A stretch of DNA of 60,865 bases, from IMG/VR virus record IMGVR_UViG_3300025093_001645, positions 1-60,865 of that record; one strand, written 5' to 3'. Source of the stretch: a virus. Lineage: Duplodnaviria; Caudoviricetes. Shown in pieces: positions 7,514-18,300 of the stretch (position 1 is the stretch's first letter; every line of letters begins with the position of its first letter). The notes beneath the pieces were generated by a model. It ran no database searches. It was not told where the DNA came from and worked only from the letters and a program-made list of their open reading frames with translations. The position numbers and the translations under genes are program-made.

Positions 7514-8560
7514 CTATTGTGTTAAGCCGCCTAGTAACATTATGGCTATTAATCCAGGAGCATTATCAACTACATAAACTCCAGAAAATAAAGTTTCTGT
7601 TCTGCCGCCGACATATGATGTTGCTGCATCTAGATGCTGACTAATATTTGGATTTTCCGCCATCTCTGGAGGCATAACCAACAATAGGGCTCCAATTTTA
7701 GATTTCTCTTTTGTACTTGGGCATGGTGATCTCTTAATACAATTTTGAAGTATCGTAGCACCAAGAGAAGGACTTTCTACATCTTTAATCATTGTAGTAC
7801 CAATAAGCATTCTGCCTTCTGCTTCTAAACATCTTTCCAAATCTTTTGAATCAAAAGATTGAATTGAAGATTTTTCAGAAGCTAGTTTAAATGTTTGTTT
7901 GATTAACTTAGCTATAGCTGCATTTGCTGTTGGTAATAAATTTGTTAATCCAACCTTTCCTCTTAATATTTTAGTTTGTCTTTCATTATCTAATATAATA
8001 TGTGGAAATTCTGCAATATCGTTAGCCAAAATAGTTGCATTCTTAGAAATAGTACCATTAAGAAGTTCCTGTGAACTTGGCCAAGTCATAATATAAAATA
8101 CTTTACCTTCTCCCTGGACTGATCTTAAATAACGATTGAATACATCATCTAGAGCAGTGCAGGAACTACCAGTTCCTCCGCCGCCGCCAGCTAAAACAAA
8201 AATCCAATCAACTTTGCCTAATTTTGTTCTAAGGGCATCTTCAACAACAGCGCTATTATGTTTAAATACGCTCTTTCCAAAATCAACATTTTTAGCTACA
8301 CCATCTGCATCTGGAATAACTACGAGGTGTTTAGGATCAACATCTTTTGGCTGATCTTTGTCGGTAGTATTAATTAAAAGTGTTTTATTAAAACCTAGAT
8401 CTAAAAAAGCTTTGGCTAATTTGCCACCTCCGCCACCGACGCCAATAAATGCACAATTTAAAGCACATTCGACTGTATTTTCTGGAAGTTGATCAGCATC
8501 TGCAACTTCCTCTACTTCTCCATAATGATCTACAAAATCAAAATCATCAAATTCACTCAT
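7514..8560 (-). CDS. Tubulin/FtsZ-family GTPase (PhuZ/TubZ-like)
   Basis: FIGVGGGGGKL, INT, the tubulin signature AGGGGGTGS, LDNE and SFDSKDL; SD AGGAG. Confidence 0.92.
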   Translation of the reverse strand: MSEFDDFDFVDHYGEVEEVADADQLPENTVECALNCAFIGVGGGGGKLAKAFLDLGFNKTLLINTTDKDQPKDVDPKHLVVIPDADGVAKNVDFGKSVFKHNSAVVEDALRTKLGKVDWIFVLAGGGGGTGSSCTALDDVFNRYLRSVQGEGKVFYIMTWPSSQELLNGTISKNATILANDIAEFPHIILDNERQTKILRGKVGLTNLLPTANAAIAKLIKQTFKLASEKSSIQSFDSKDLERCLEAEGRMLIGTTMIKDVESPSLGATILQNCIKRSPCPSTKEKSKIGALLLVMPPEMAENPNISQHLDAATSYVGGRTETLFSGVYVVDNAPGLIAIMLLGGLTQ

Positions 8561-8584
8561 TTTCTAGCTCCTTTAAATATAATA

Positions 8585-8613
8585 ATTATAAGTACACATC
8601 AACTATGCGTCAA
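8585..8613 (-). promoter_or_regulatory. Near-consensus sigma70 promoter for the tubulin gene
   Basis: TTGACG, 17 nt, TATAAT on the minus strand, 24 nt upstream of the ATG. Confidence 0.8.
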
Positions 8614-8623
8614 CTAAATCTGG

Positions 8624-8905
8624 TCACTGTTCTTGCATAGGATTAGATTTTTCTTCCATGGCCTTATCATATGCTTGGCTATACGCTAAATGAGTTATGC
8701 TTTCATCTTTTGGATTGCCCTTTAAAGCATCTTCTCTGCCTTTTCTTTTCATTTCATTTGAAATTTTTAGTTGTTGGGCCTTCCGCGAGGCCGTTGCCAT
8801 ACCTTTTTCAGTATACCGATAGCCTGGTCCACGGTATCTACCCTCTAGGAGGCTGTGGATCTCTTCTTTAATAATTTGTGTTAATTGTTCTTTTGTAATT
8901 TTCAT
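8624..8905 (-). CDS. Small protein with MKITKEQLTQIIKEE tag
   Basis: ATG 8905 overlaps the upstream stop (ATGA); the tag ends in SLLE. Confidence 0.75.
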   Translation of the reverse strand: MKITKEQLTQIIKEEIHSLLEGRYRGPGYRYTEKGMATASRKAQQLKISNEMKRKGREDALKGNPKDESITHLAYSQAYDKAMEEKSNPMQEQ

Positions 8906-11181
8906 TTTATGAATGCTCTCCAATTTTCAAATAAGTCTGATAACTCATCTGTTGTTTTTTCTCTAGAAATCGTATCTTTAACTGCTTTTCTCGCTGCCGG
9001 TATAATTTCTTTTTGTAACTGATTATTAACTAGTGCTTCAACATATTGTCTAATCTTTTCAAAAAATTCTTCTTTATCAATAATATTTAGGAATTTTTCA
9101 ATTTGAGCAATTTCTTCTGGTGTTTCGTTGCCTTTTAAAACAATATCAAGCCAATAAGTAAATTTATCTCTAATATCCCATTCGCTTGCGCCGCTTGTTT
9201 GTTTTGGTGGAATAGATGCTTGTCTTGCTGCGCCCATCGCACCAAAATCAATCTTAAACTCTGGTACACGTACACCTTTTTGCTCATTTAAAGGCAATTT
9301 TAATTGATCTGCCGCCGCTTTTAAAGCTCTTTCAAATACAACGTTTAATCTTTTAATTAAATCTTGTTTAATTTTATCTATTGATTTTGTGCTTCGCAGC
9401 TGGTTAATCATAAAGTCCCAAATAAAGGATCGGGGATCTTCAGAAGTTTTTGGTCTTGGTAATTCTTTAGAAAGATATCTGCTTTTGCTTGTTAATTCTT
9501 CTGGTAGTTGAAGTCTCACAACAATTCTAGAGGAAACAGCGACGTTGCCATCTTCAAAATCAGCATCAAAGTTATTATACTCTCTTTCGTTAAAACGTTT
9601 AACCAAAGCTTTCAATCTTTCATTAGCAATCATTCCAGAGTCTTTCATATCTTGAATTACTGCTCTGTATGCTGCACCATATGCTTCATCAGCTTCTCTA
9701 ACGTCTACTAAAAAGGCCTTAAATCTTGTTAAAGGATCATCATCATAATATTCATTTTGATTCATAGTGACGTTAATTTGTAAATCTTCGCCAGCATATG
9801 TTTCAATATTCCAGATACCCTCATCGTTTAAAGCTTTTGAAAGAAAATTCTCTAGATCGTCAGTATCAACATTATCTTCTACAACATCCTCGTGATTAAA
9901 ATCAAAACCGGCACTAGCACTTATATAATCATTCCCTTCACCGTCAAAATCGCGCTCAACATAAACATTATAATGTTGCAATCCTGCTTCTTCAATTTCT
10001 CTATCATAATCTTCATCAGAAACACCAGTTGGATTTTGTTTAAAGTGTTCGTGAGCTTCACCAATAATAGTATACCATTCTTCTGATACTAAATCATCTA
10101 AGCTTTCAATTAGTTCATCTAAATCTTCGCCTTCCAAGTCCGCAGCTCTTAAGTATTTTTCAAGCTCTTTTAGTTTTTCGTCAGAGGGCATCAAATCATC
10201 ATCAGCATATGCCATTTGATAATTTTCTAATTGATTTCCTAAATTTAATAAAATAGTTTCAAGCTCTTGTCTATTTTCATCACCGCGCTTACCTTTATTA
10301 TAATATTTTTTTAAAGCTTTAGGGTTTTCTTGAGAATTCCAAAAACCCTTCATTATGATGTTATCACGAATAGCTTTTCTTACGTCTTCTTCATCTTGTG
10401 TTTCATTTGGACTGTGCCAAATAAGGCTAGGTTCTACGTCATCAGAATAGCCTTTATCCGAATCGTATTGTAGAGCAATTTTTTTAAACTCATCATCTAT
10501 AGGCAAATGGCGCAACTCTAAAATATAAAATGCCATACCCTCTCGTTTATATTGATCAAAATAATTTTTACTTGTTGTGGCGGCAATACACCACTGGGCG
10601 CCCATACCTAAAATACAAGAACCGGCTTCGGAGTCAGGTCTTTTCAAAGTATAGTCCGGATCATCAATAAGAGTTGTAATGGTTTTCTTGGCTTCTGCTT
10701 CCATTCCTTTAAGTTTTTCTCTTTCCTCAAATTGTTTTTGTGCCTGATAAGTGTCATAACTCCAATCTGTGTATTCATCATACTTGTTAATGTTTTTATC
10801 AATAAGGTTTCTTTCTGCTAATTTATGATATGTTGGAAGCATTCTTGCTAGTTCTCTAGTAGTACGTCCAACTGACGCTTTTACAGAATCTACATAATCT
10901 TCAATAACCATATCTCCGCGAAGTTGATTTTTAACATAATCTATGGAGCGAAATACTTCTTTATTGATTTGTCCAGCCAGCCAGTTAGCATATTTTTGTT
11001 TACCAGAAGGATCTGCGTCAAGAAGCCTTTCCATCTGCGCTGACGCAAACTCTTTAAAAATCTCATTATCAATACCTTTAGTGGCACGAGATAAAGCAAC
11101 ATCTTTTCTTCCTTCAATAAGAAGAGCTTCTTCATCTTCGGTTAAAAAGTTGCGATAATCTTCAAATATTTTATTAAACAT
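8902..11181 (-). CDS. 759-aa acidic protein with PcfJ-like WC domain and FENWR-like motifs at both termini
   Basis: N-terminus MFNKIFEDYRNFLTE; ADPSGKQKYANWL; QWCIA...NYFDQY; C-terminus LFENWRAFIK. Confidence 0.65.
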   Translation of the reverse strand: MFNKIFEDYRNFLTEDEEALLIEGRKDVALSRATKGIDNEIFKEFASAQMERLLDADPSGKQKYANWLAGQINKEVFRSIDYVKNQLRGDMVIEDYVDSVKASVGRTTRELARMLPTYHKLAERNLIDKNINKYDEYTDWSYDTYQAQKQFEEREKLKGMEAEAKKTITTLIDDPDYTLKRPDSEAGSCILGMGAQWCIAATTSKNYFDQYKREGMAFYILELRHLPIDDEFKKIALQYDSDKGYSDDVEPSLIWHSPNETQDEEDVRKAIRDNIIMKGFWNSQENPKALKKYYNKGKRGDENRQELETILLNLGNQLENYQMAYADDDLMPSDEKLKELEKYLRAADLEGEDLDELIESLDDLVSEEWYTIIGEAHEHFKQNPTGVSDEDYDREIEEAGLQHYNVYVERDFDGEGNDYISASAGFDFNHEDVVEDNVDTDDLENFLSKALNDEGIWNIETYAGEDLQINVTMNQNEYYDDDPLTRFKAFLVDVREADEAYGAAYRAVIQDMKDSGMIANERLKALVKRFNEREYNNFDADFEDGNVAVSSRIVVRLQLPEELTSKSRYLSKELPRPKTSEDPRSFIWDFMINQLRSTKSIDKIKQDLIKRLNVVFERALKAAADQLKLPLNEQKGVRVPEFKIDFGAMGAARQASIPPKQTSGASEWDIRDKFTYWLDIVLKGNETPEEIAQIEKFLNIIDKEEFFEKIRQYVEALVNNQLQKEIIPAARKAVKDTISREKTTDELSDLFENWRAFIK

Positions 11182-11214
11182 AGAGTAATTCCGGTAACCT
11201 ACTATAAGTAGTTA

Positions 11215-11826
11215 TTATAATTCAAAGGCGCGCAACATTTGTCTTGCCTCTATGATCATATTGGTGTGGCGCCTTGTCCAACCTCTATGTTTATGACCTT
11301 CATGATCTGAATCTGCACTTCCGTTCTTTGCTAAAAGCGCTAGATGTACTAGTTCGTGCATTAAAGCACTTTCAGAAATTTTGTGACCATATCCTTGCCA
11401 AACCCAAATCATATGTTTGCCTTCAACTAATCCTATTATATTTCTATTGGCTTCAAATTTTTTACCATTTAAATCATATCCTTTGATACCCACTCTTTTT
11501 TCAGTACCCCAGCGCACCATAACTTTTTCTAACATTCCTCTAACAGCCATATTATCATCTTCAAAGTATTCTAGCCACTGGTGGTAAAAAATGAAAAAAG
11601 ATAATGCTACTTGATGCACAGGGTAAGTTTGACAATTTGGTACAACTTGACTAGCTTGATTAAAATAAGGAATTATAATCATTTGAGGGAAAGGCTTGCT
11701 TGGATCACATAAAGCTTTTCTATGAATTCTTTTGTATTCGTTATTGAGAAAAATTGTAGAGTTTTGGCTAGTACAAGTAATAGAAAATAAAGTAAAAACT
11801 AAAAAAATTATTACTTTCTTTATCAT
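11215..11826 (-). CDS. Secreted or lipoprotein HEXXH metallopeptidase-like protein
   Basis: Signal peptide ending FSITC; SALMHELVHLAL...DSDH. Confidence 0.7.
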   Translation of the reverse strand: MIKKVIIFLVFTLFSITCTSQNSTIFLNNEYKRIHRKALCDPSKPFPQMIIIPYFNQASQVVPNCQTYPVHQVALSFFIFYHQWLEYFEDDNMAVRGMLEKVMVRWGTEKRVGIKGYDLNGKKFEANRNIIGLVEGKHMIWVWQGYGHKISESALMHELVHLALLAKNGSADSDHEGHKHRGWTRRHTNMIIEARQMLRAFEL

Positions 11827-13757
11827 TCACTGCTTCCACCTTTACAAATTTCATCAATAATTTCCATTAGATTAGCGTACATTTCGGTAGGATTATTGGT
11901 GAGATAAAACCACTTCCCATTTCCAGTCGCAGCGAGATCCTTCCAATGATTTGAGCCGCCTACTCTAGAGAATGTATATAATCTAAGCTGTGGGGTGCCA
12001 GAAATAGCCGTTTTAACGTCTTCTACAGTCAAGTTAGGCACAAGGTAGCTTTGAGGGTGTTCGTCCGAAAAAACGATGATTATTCGGTCTGCCCCGGGGC
12101 GCCAAGATATGTCAAAATTTTCTTTGGGTGGAGAAGATTCTACTACGCTTGGACCAATTCCAGGAACTTGACCAACCCAATCTAAATCCTCAAGCAAATA
12201 TTTAAGACTAGAAGAGATATTGTGCACAGCAATATAGATAGCATCCAAAAGCATCTCAAATGCTGTAGTGTTTCCGTTCCATCCAATTGTGCTTCCCATA
12301 TTACTAAGAGCAGTTAGAAAATCAGTAAATCCAGTTAGATCCTGGAATAATTCTAATCTTTCACTATTGGTGTCATAGGCGACTGGTCCTCTAATAAATG
12401 CCCAGTTGATAACTTCCTCATCACTGAAACTTTGTGCAAACTGATTTAAAGCAATCATAACAGCATCCATTTCATCGCCCATTGATCCAGACCAGTCAAC
12501 AATAAAAAGAACATCTGTTTCTTTCATTTCCTCGCCCCAGTCTGCTATGCCATCACAATCATCATCTAGACCATTGCAGATCTCTTCTTGGGGTACAACT
12601 TCGCCTTCACAATAATACGGAATAAAGTTTTCTTCATCGTCGTGACTGCCCCATGTGCCTTCAACACAGACCATTTCGCCAGGAACACATATTCCAACCA
12701 TTAAAGTACCTTCTGGTCCCGAATAACAAGGGCTGTATAAATCTTCATCAATCAACTCGTTACAATTATCGTCAAAATTATTGCATTCTTCTTCAGCCAA
12801 TGGCATTCCTATTAGAGGATCACAGATCTCATTTGGATCTGTTGGAGGTATCCAATAACACATTGCAAAACAATCAGACATTGTTAGTTGAGTACAGTCC
12901 GGATCTACACATTCGCAAGTTTTAAATCCTTGGCCGCATAGTAAAGGACTTTCCTGGCAAGGAAATAGTGTACCTACGTCTTGGATTGTACAAACACAAT
13001 CTAGATCTTCATCAATGGCGCCATCACAGTCGTTGTCTAAGCCGTCGCAGATCTCTTCATTTACAGGAGGTGCGTTACAGGATATCCAGTTTCCATCAAA
13101 ACACATTTCATACCCTACTCCGCAAGCAGTACTACAGGGCTGAATTAAATCCTCGTCGGTAGTTCCATCGCAATCATTATCAAAGCCATCACAGACTTCA
13201 GGAGGAATTATGCCACACTCGTTACATTCGTTGCGCTGACCTTCATCAATGATTCCATCACAATCATCATCTTCGTAATTACAAGACTCTTCATTGCAAT
13301 CAGTTACGCAGTCAGTGTATTCTATTTTTCCTTTATTACAAACTTTATCTTGGGTACCAGGATATCCATCTTCTGTTACACATTCTAAAGTTTTAATTAA
13401 GTATTGTGTAGGGTCACATTCCATAAACTCTATACATTCTGTCTCTGAATATACAGTTGGAGGGTCCTCACAGATATTAATACAAATTTCTTTTTGCCAA
13501 ACCGAATCTAGTGGAGGACAAAAATACATATTGCAGTCAATGCATTCAGGATCAACTTCCTCTTCTGGTGTCCAAGGCACTACGTCTGGATATTCATAAT
13601 CATTAACGTCAATAGGGCCAGAAAGGTCCATAATACCTGACGACATTCCGTCAACAGCATCAGAGCAGTATGATAAAAATACTGCCGAAATCAAAATGAG
13701 TAGAAGAGTTTTTATTCTTGTTTTAGAATCAACTTTTTTAAGTTTTTTTAAACTCAT
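11823..13757 (-). CDS. Cys-rich lipoprotein with five MopE-like metal-binding repeats and a C-terminal vWA domain
   Basis: Lipobox-like FLSYC; repeats E-x-C-[DN]-x-x-D-[ND]-[DN]-C-[DN]-x-x-x-D; MIDAS motif DVLFIVDWSGS; IIIVFSDE. Confidence 0.85.
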   Translation of the reverse strand: MSLKKLKKVDSKTRIKTLLLILISAVFLSYCSDAVDGMSSGIMDLSGPIDVNDYEYPDVVPWTPEEEVDPECIDCNMYFCPPLDSVWQKEICINICEDPPTVYSETECIEFMECDPTQYLIKTLECVTEDGYPGTQDKVCNKGKIEYTDCVTDCNEESCNYEDDDCDGIIDEGQRNECNECGIIPPEVCDGFDNDCDGTTDEDLIQPCSTACGVGYEMCFDGNWISCNAPPVNEEICDGLDNDCDGAIDEDLDCVCTIQDVGTLFPCQESPLLCGQGFKTCECVDPDCTQLTMSDCFAMCYWIPPTDPNEICDPLIGMPLAEEECNNFDDNCNELIDEDLYSPCYSGPEGTLMVGICVPGEMVCVEGTWGSHDDEENFIPYYCEGEVVPQEEICNGLDDDCDGIADWGEEMKETDVLFIVDWSGSMGDEMDAVMIALNQFAQSFSDEEVINWAFIRGPVAYDTNSERLELFQDLTGFTDFLTALSNMGSTIGWNGNTTAFEMLLDAIYIAVHNISSSLKYLLEDLDWVGQVPGIGPSVVESSPPKENFDISWRPGADRIIIVFSDEHPQSYLVPNLTVEDVKTAISGTPQLRLYTFSRVGGSNHWKDLAATGNGKWFYLTNNPTEMYANLMEIIDEICKGGSSE

Positions 13758-13849
13758 TTCGTGGCCCTCTAAACGTAACTAGTTAAAAACTATGGTTATA
13801 ATATTATATACTTTAATGTTCTCTTCAAAACAAGACTATTTATAATATT

Positions 13850-14104
13850 ATGGAGAAGATTGGCAAAATGTCTTTATCTAAAATGTGTTACATAGTATTG
13901 GCTTTATCAATAGTTTTTTTTCTAAGCTCAGTATGTACCTTTGCAGTTTTGGCAATGACTAAAAAAGATACTGTTCAAGTCCAGAAAGAAGAGAATACCG
14001 GACCATATATGCAACAGCAAAAGAAAATCATCAAACGCCTAAAACGAATTGAGCAAAAAGTAAAGACAAAGAAGGATAAAAAAATAAATGTCAGACCAGA
14101 ATAA
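13850..14104 (+). CDS. Single-TM membrane protein with basic tail
   Basis: Hydrophobic segment YIVLALSIVFFLSSVCTFAVLAM. Confidence 0.7.
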   Translation: MEKIGKMSLSKMCYIVLALSIVFFLSSVCTFAVLAMTKKDTVQVQKEENTGPYMQQQKKIIKRLKRIEQKVKTKKDKKINVRPE

Positions 14105-14330
14105 TTTAAACATAAGTGCTCTGAGAGAATACATTATGCTAATCGTGGCAATTATCACTGCAATTGCTGGTATTATTTTTTGGGTTCAAAATGTTGACAA
14201 AGACAAAATTGAAAGACTGGAAAATGATATCGAACTAATACAAGCTGATATCAACAAGATTAAAGATAATAACACGGAAATTTTGAGAGTAATTGGTCGT
14301 CTAGAAGGTAAGTTGGATAATCTAAAATGA
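14088..14330 (+). CDS. TM plus coiled-coil protein (XhlA/holin-like architecture)
   Basis: IMLIVAIITAIAGIIFWV followed by heptads ending IGRLEGKLD. Confidence 0.6.
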   Translation: MSDQNNLNISALREYIMLIVAIITAIAGIIFWVQNVDKDKIERLENDIELIQADINKIKDNNTEILRVIGRLEGKLDNLK

Positions 14331-15310
14331 ATAAACTTTGGGAAGAATTTAAAAGAGAAGCAGAATTAGATTTGCAGTCGTTGGTGCCGAAAGATTCTCT
14401 TAATAGGAACTTTTGGAATAGAAAAATGCTTCTAAGAGAACCAATAAGACAAAAGCTGTTACAAATTGCACAGGACTTCTTTGAATCTTTGAACTTACCA
14501 GAAGAAGTAGAGTTAAAAGATGTTACAATCACTGGGTCAATTGCCAGTTATAACTGGTCTAAATACTCTGATATTGATCTCCACTTAATTTTAGATTTTT
14601 CTCAAGTTGATGAGAATGAAGATCTCGTAAAAGAATACTTTGGAGGAAAGATTTTCTCCTGGAATAACAAACACAATATTCGTATGAACGATCATGAAGT
14701 TGAAATCTATGTTCAAAATGAAAGTGAGCCGCATATGGCTGCCGGTGTATACTCAGTTTTAAACAACGATTGGGTCGAGGCGCCCATTAAAGCAGAATAT
14801 GATATTGATTTAGAAACAACAAAGAAAAAAGCCGATCAGTTAATTGATCAAATTGAAAGAGTTTACGATATTTTTGAGTCTAGAGAATATCCGAAGGCTA
14901 TGACCGCTGGAAAAAGACTTAAGGAAAAAATTAAAGAAATGCGAAGGGCCGGCTTGGCAGATGAGGGAGTATACTCACCAGAAAATATGGCTTTTAAGCT
15001 GCTAAGAAGAAGTGGTCATATAGAATTATTACATAAAATTATAGCCAGATCATATGATAGAATTATGTCATTACACAAAGACATTAGAGGTTCTTTAAAA
15101 ATTATGATTAATAATCTAGAGGATGAAGTCAACGAAAGTTACGATTCCGTAGTAGAAGAAGCAAAATTTCAGCGCCGTGTAAAGCAAAGACATTACCTTA
15201 AAAAGAAATGGCTTATCGGACAAGGGAAACAAAAAAATACAACACCTTATAAAATAAAACCTAATTATAAAAGATCCAAATCTGCTCCCGCGGGGTTTGG
15301 AGGAAGTTAA
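14327..15310 (+). CDS. Pol-beta superfamily nucleotidyltransferase
   Basis: ITGSIASYNWSKYSDIDLH (GS...DxD), EVEIYVQ and YSPENMAFKLLRR. Confidence 0.85.
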   Translation: MNKLWEEFKREAELDLQSLVPKDSLNRNFWNRKMLLREPIRQKLLQIAQDFFESLNLPEEVELKDVTITGSIASYNWSKYSDIDLHLILDFSQVDENEDLVKEYFGGKIFSWNNKHNIRMNDHEVEIYVQNESEPHMAAGVYSVLNNDWVEAPIKAEYDIDLETTKKKADQLIDQIERVYDIFESREYPKAMTAGKRLKEKIKEMRRAGLADEGVYSPENMAFKLLRRSGHIELLHKIIARSYDRIMSLHKDIRGSLKIMINNLEDEVNESYDSVVEEAKFQRRVKQRHYLKKKWLIGQGKQKNTTPYKIKPNYKRSKSAPAGFGGS

Positions 15311-15314
15311 ATTA

Positions 15315-18300
15315 ATGAACGAAAAAAAGAATATCAACGAAGCAGATATAGCGGCTGTTGCACGAATAAGAAAATTAATTGATCAACAATCAGATATTGA
15401 AGATAAAATAGAATTATTTGCTGCCGAAGCTCAAAACTTAAATGACCCTCAAGAGCTTTTTACTAATTTTGACAAAATTATCAAAGATTTGAAAAGAAGA
15501 TTGGCGCGCCTAAATGCAATATTTCCTACTTTAAATCCAGTATTAGATATTGTTGGTAGAACTAATCGTCTAGGTATTGATGATGCTGGCGATATCGATG
15601 ACGCGGAATCTGAAATCGATAGATTAACCATAGACGAAGAAGCTTCCTCAGAAGCAGACAGGCGACGACAAGAGCGCGCACGGAGACGAGTTAGAGGTAG
15701 GACAAGAAGTATTTTAAAAACTATTAGTTTTGAAGATTACATCAAAAATATGGGGAAGGTTGATTATGCGGAACTAGCACGTGAAGTTGAAAAAAGTTTA
15801 TTAGAAGGATTTACTGGACTAGCTAGAAGAAGAATTGACCCAGTAGTTTTTTTCGAGCGAAATCCTTCTGTTGTGAGTGATGTGAGAGGTATTTATCAAA
15901 TTTTATCTTTAGCTAACGCAATTGGAATAGCAGTAGAAGATTTCAGAGTAAAATTAAGAAGTGCTTATGCAGATGAAGGGGACGCAGATGCCTTCATTAA
16001 TAGAATATTAACAACTGATAATCAATTGCTTACTGACTTTCGAAAAGAATTTGCAGAAATCGATTTTCCGGAATTAGTTAAAAAGCAAAAAAGAAATTTT
16101 AATGATAGATTTTTAGTAAAATTACAAGGTTTATCCGATGTTGCCGCCGGCGGTAAACAAGCAGCCGATCGGCAGAGAAGAGGAGAATTAGAGGCTATAG
16201 CACAGGCCTCCCGCAAAAAGAAGCTTAGAGAAGCACTCCTAAAAGAGGATGAGGATCTTGAAGCTGCTATGAGAGAGTTGCAATCTAATCCCGCAACTGC
16301 TACAGAGCAAGAAATATCACAAATGATGCGAGGAGAAATTCCTCGTGCAGCAACAACAAGTGAGTTATCAGATTTAAGAGGTATCATTAATAGTTTGATA
16401 ACTTCATATGGCTCTTTAAAAAATTGGAGAGAAGAACAAAGTAATAATTTTAAAAATCGGTTTATAGATCTAGCTAAAAGCGATGTACAAAGAGCAACCT
16501 CACAATTAGAACAAGTATTAAATATTCTTCTAGAGCAGATGACAGATATACTAGATGATACTTTACAAAATTGGAGTGATAAATTAATTAAATTTAGAAG
16601 TGATAAAGTTATTCCTGCAATAATCAAAGCTCGTAATGAAAATGATGAAGCTATGTTAAATAAAACAAAAGCTTATAATAGAGAGTTAAGTAAAGTATTA
16701 ATAGATCTTAGTGATATTCGTAAGAAGTTTATTAGTAAACATAAAAAGATTATATCAGAAAAACCTGAACTTTACAAGATCTTTTTGCAAACTGCAGAAT
16801 CTAAGCTCGATATAACAGTTAAACAAAGGGTTAACGAATTTTTAGAAAATTTTGCAAAAATTAAATCCGGTGAAGAGCCGACAGATCCGACGCCTAGTGA
16901 AACAGAATCTAGTGATTCTCTTAAAGATATGCCGGCCGATAAAATTTATGTCGCTTTAAATCAGTTAGCGAATAAAGGTATATCAGCTGATATCTTAATC
17001 AATCAATTTGAAGACGCTATAGCTAAAATGTATGAAGATGCGGGCCCATTAAAAGATAAATTCAAAGAAGAAGATGAACCGATCATACTAAAAATTAAAA
17101 ATGAACTGGCTAAGATTCTGGATGGTGACTTTAGTAACTTGATCAATGAAAACAAAATATTACTACATCCTGTTACCTATAATTTAATATTGCGCACATA
17201 TAATAATTTAATTCAAGAAGCATTAATGGGGAGCATGCCAGAAAGATATATTAATGCAATATACCAATGGCTATTACTTAAAGATAAGTATACACCAGAG
17301 AAGCTCAACAAATTTGTTTCTTATATTGAAAACTCAGAAAAAGCAGAAGCTAAAAAAATATTAATAGCAATGATTAAACAAATTAAAGAATTAAGAAAAA
17401 TCGATCAACAACCTACAAAATCAGAGTTTAAACTTTCTGATCAATGGCAAGAAGTACCAGAAGATGCAATAATGCCACCTGGTGTAGAATATAGAATGGA
17501 TTTAGCAGGTGAAAAAACATATGCAAGATTAATAAAAGAAAATTGCAATATACAAAATAATTCTAATGTTGATGTTAGTCAACTAGAAAATATGATATCA
17601 CATTTTTATCCTTATGTCAAAGAAAAATTAAAATTTGATAAAGACGCTACTGTGCGTCTAATAACTGACCCTGAAAATGCTAAAAATGCATGGGGCAAGA
17701 CTGCACAATATAATCCTAATACAATGGAAATTACAATTTTTGTAGATGGTAGACACCCTAAAGATATGCTCAGATCAATCTCTCACGAGCTAGTTCATCA
17801 CGCACAAAATTGTAGAGGCGAGTTTGATAAAACACAGGCATTAGAGCAAGGATATGCTCAAAAAGATCCACATATGAGACGAATGGAAGGAGAAGCCTAT
17901 TTACTAGGAAATGGTTTTTTAGTAAGAGACTTTGAAGATTACATAAAATCTCAGAGAAACCAAAATTTAACGGAGAATAAAAAAATGAAAGGTTTAACAA
18001 ATGAACAGCTTCAAGCTGTTTTAGAAAATACTATTAAAAGAGTGATGGAAGAGAGTATTGTCGAAGAAGAAGTTGTTGAGGAAACAGAAGAAACTTTAGA
18101 AGAAGAAGTCGTTGAAGAGTCACAAGAAGATTATGAGCGTTATACGCAACAAGACAGTGACTTTGCTACTGGTAATCCAGAACAACGAAGACAAAAGGCT
18201 GCTGCTGCTAAAGCAAAAAAAGAAAAAGTCGTTGCAGAAAAGAAAAAAGGAAAGAATATGGTTGATTGTGATGGTAAGATGGTACCAGACTACGCCTGTG

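Noticed and set aside
7514-8560. Cellular ftsZ in a division cluster
   Set aside because: The sequence is divergent, lacks the FtsZ C-terminal peptide and has no dcw neighbours.
16022-16627. 201-aa minus-strand ORF and the many other short antisense or out-of-frame ORFs in the track
   Set aside because: They lie fully inside well-supported genes and their composition is typical of shadow frames.
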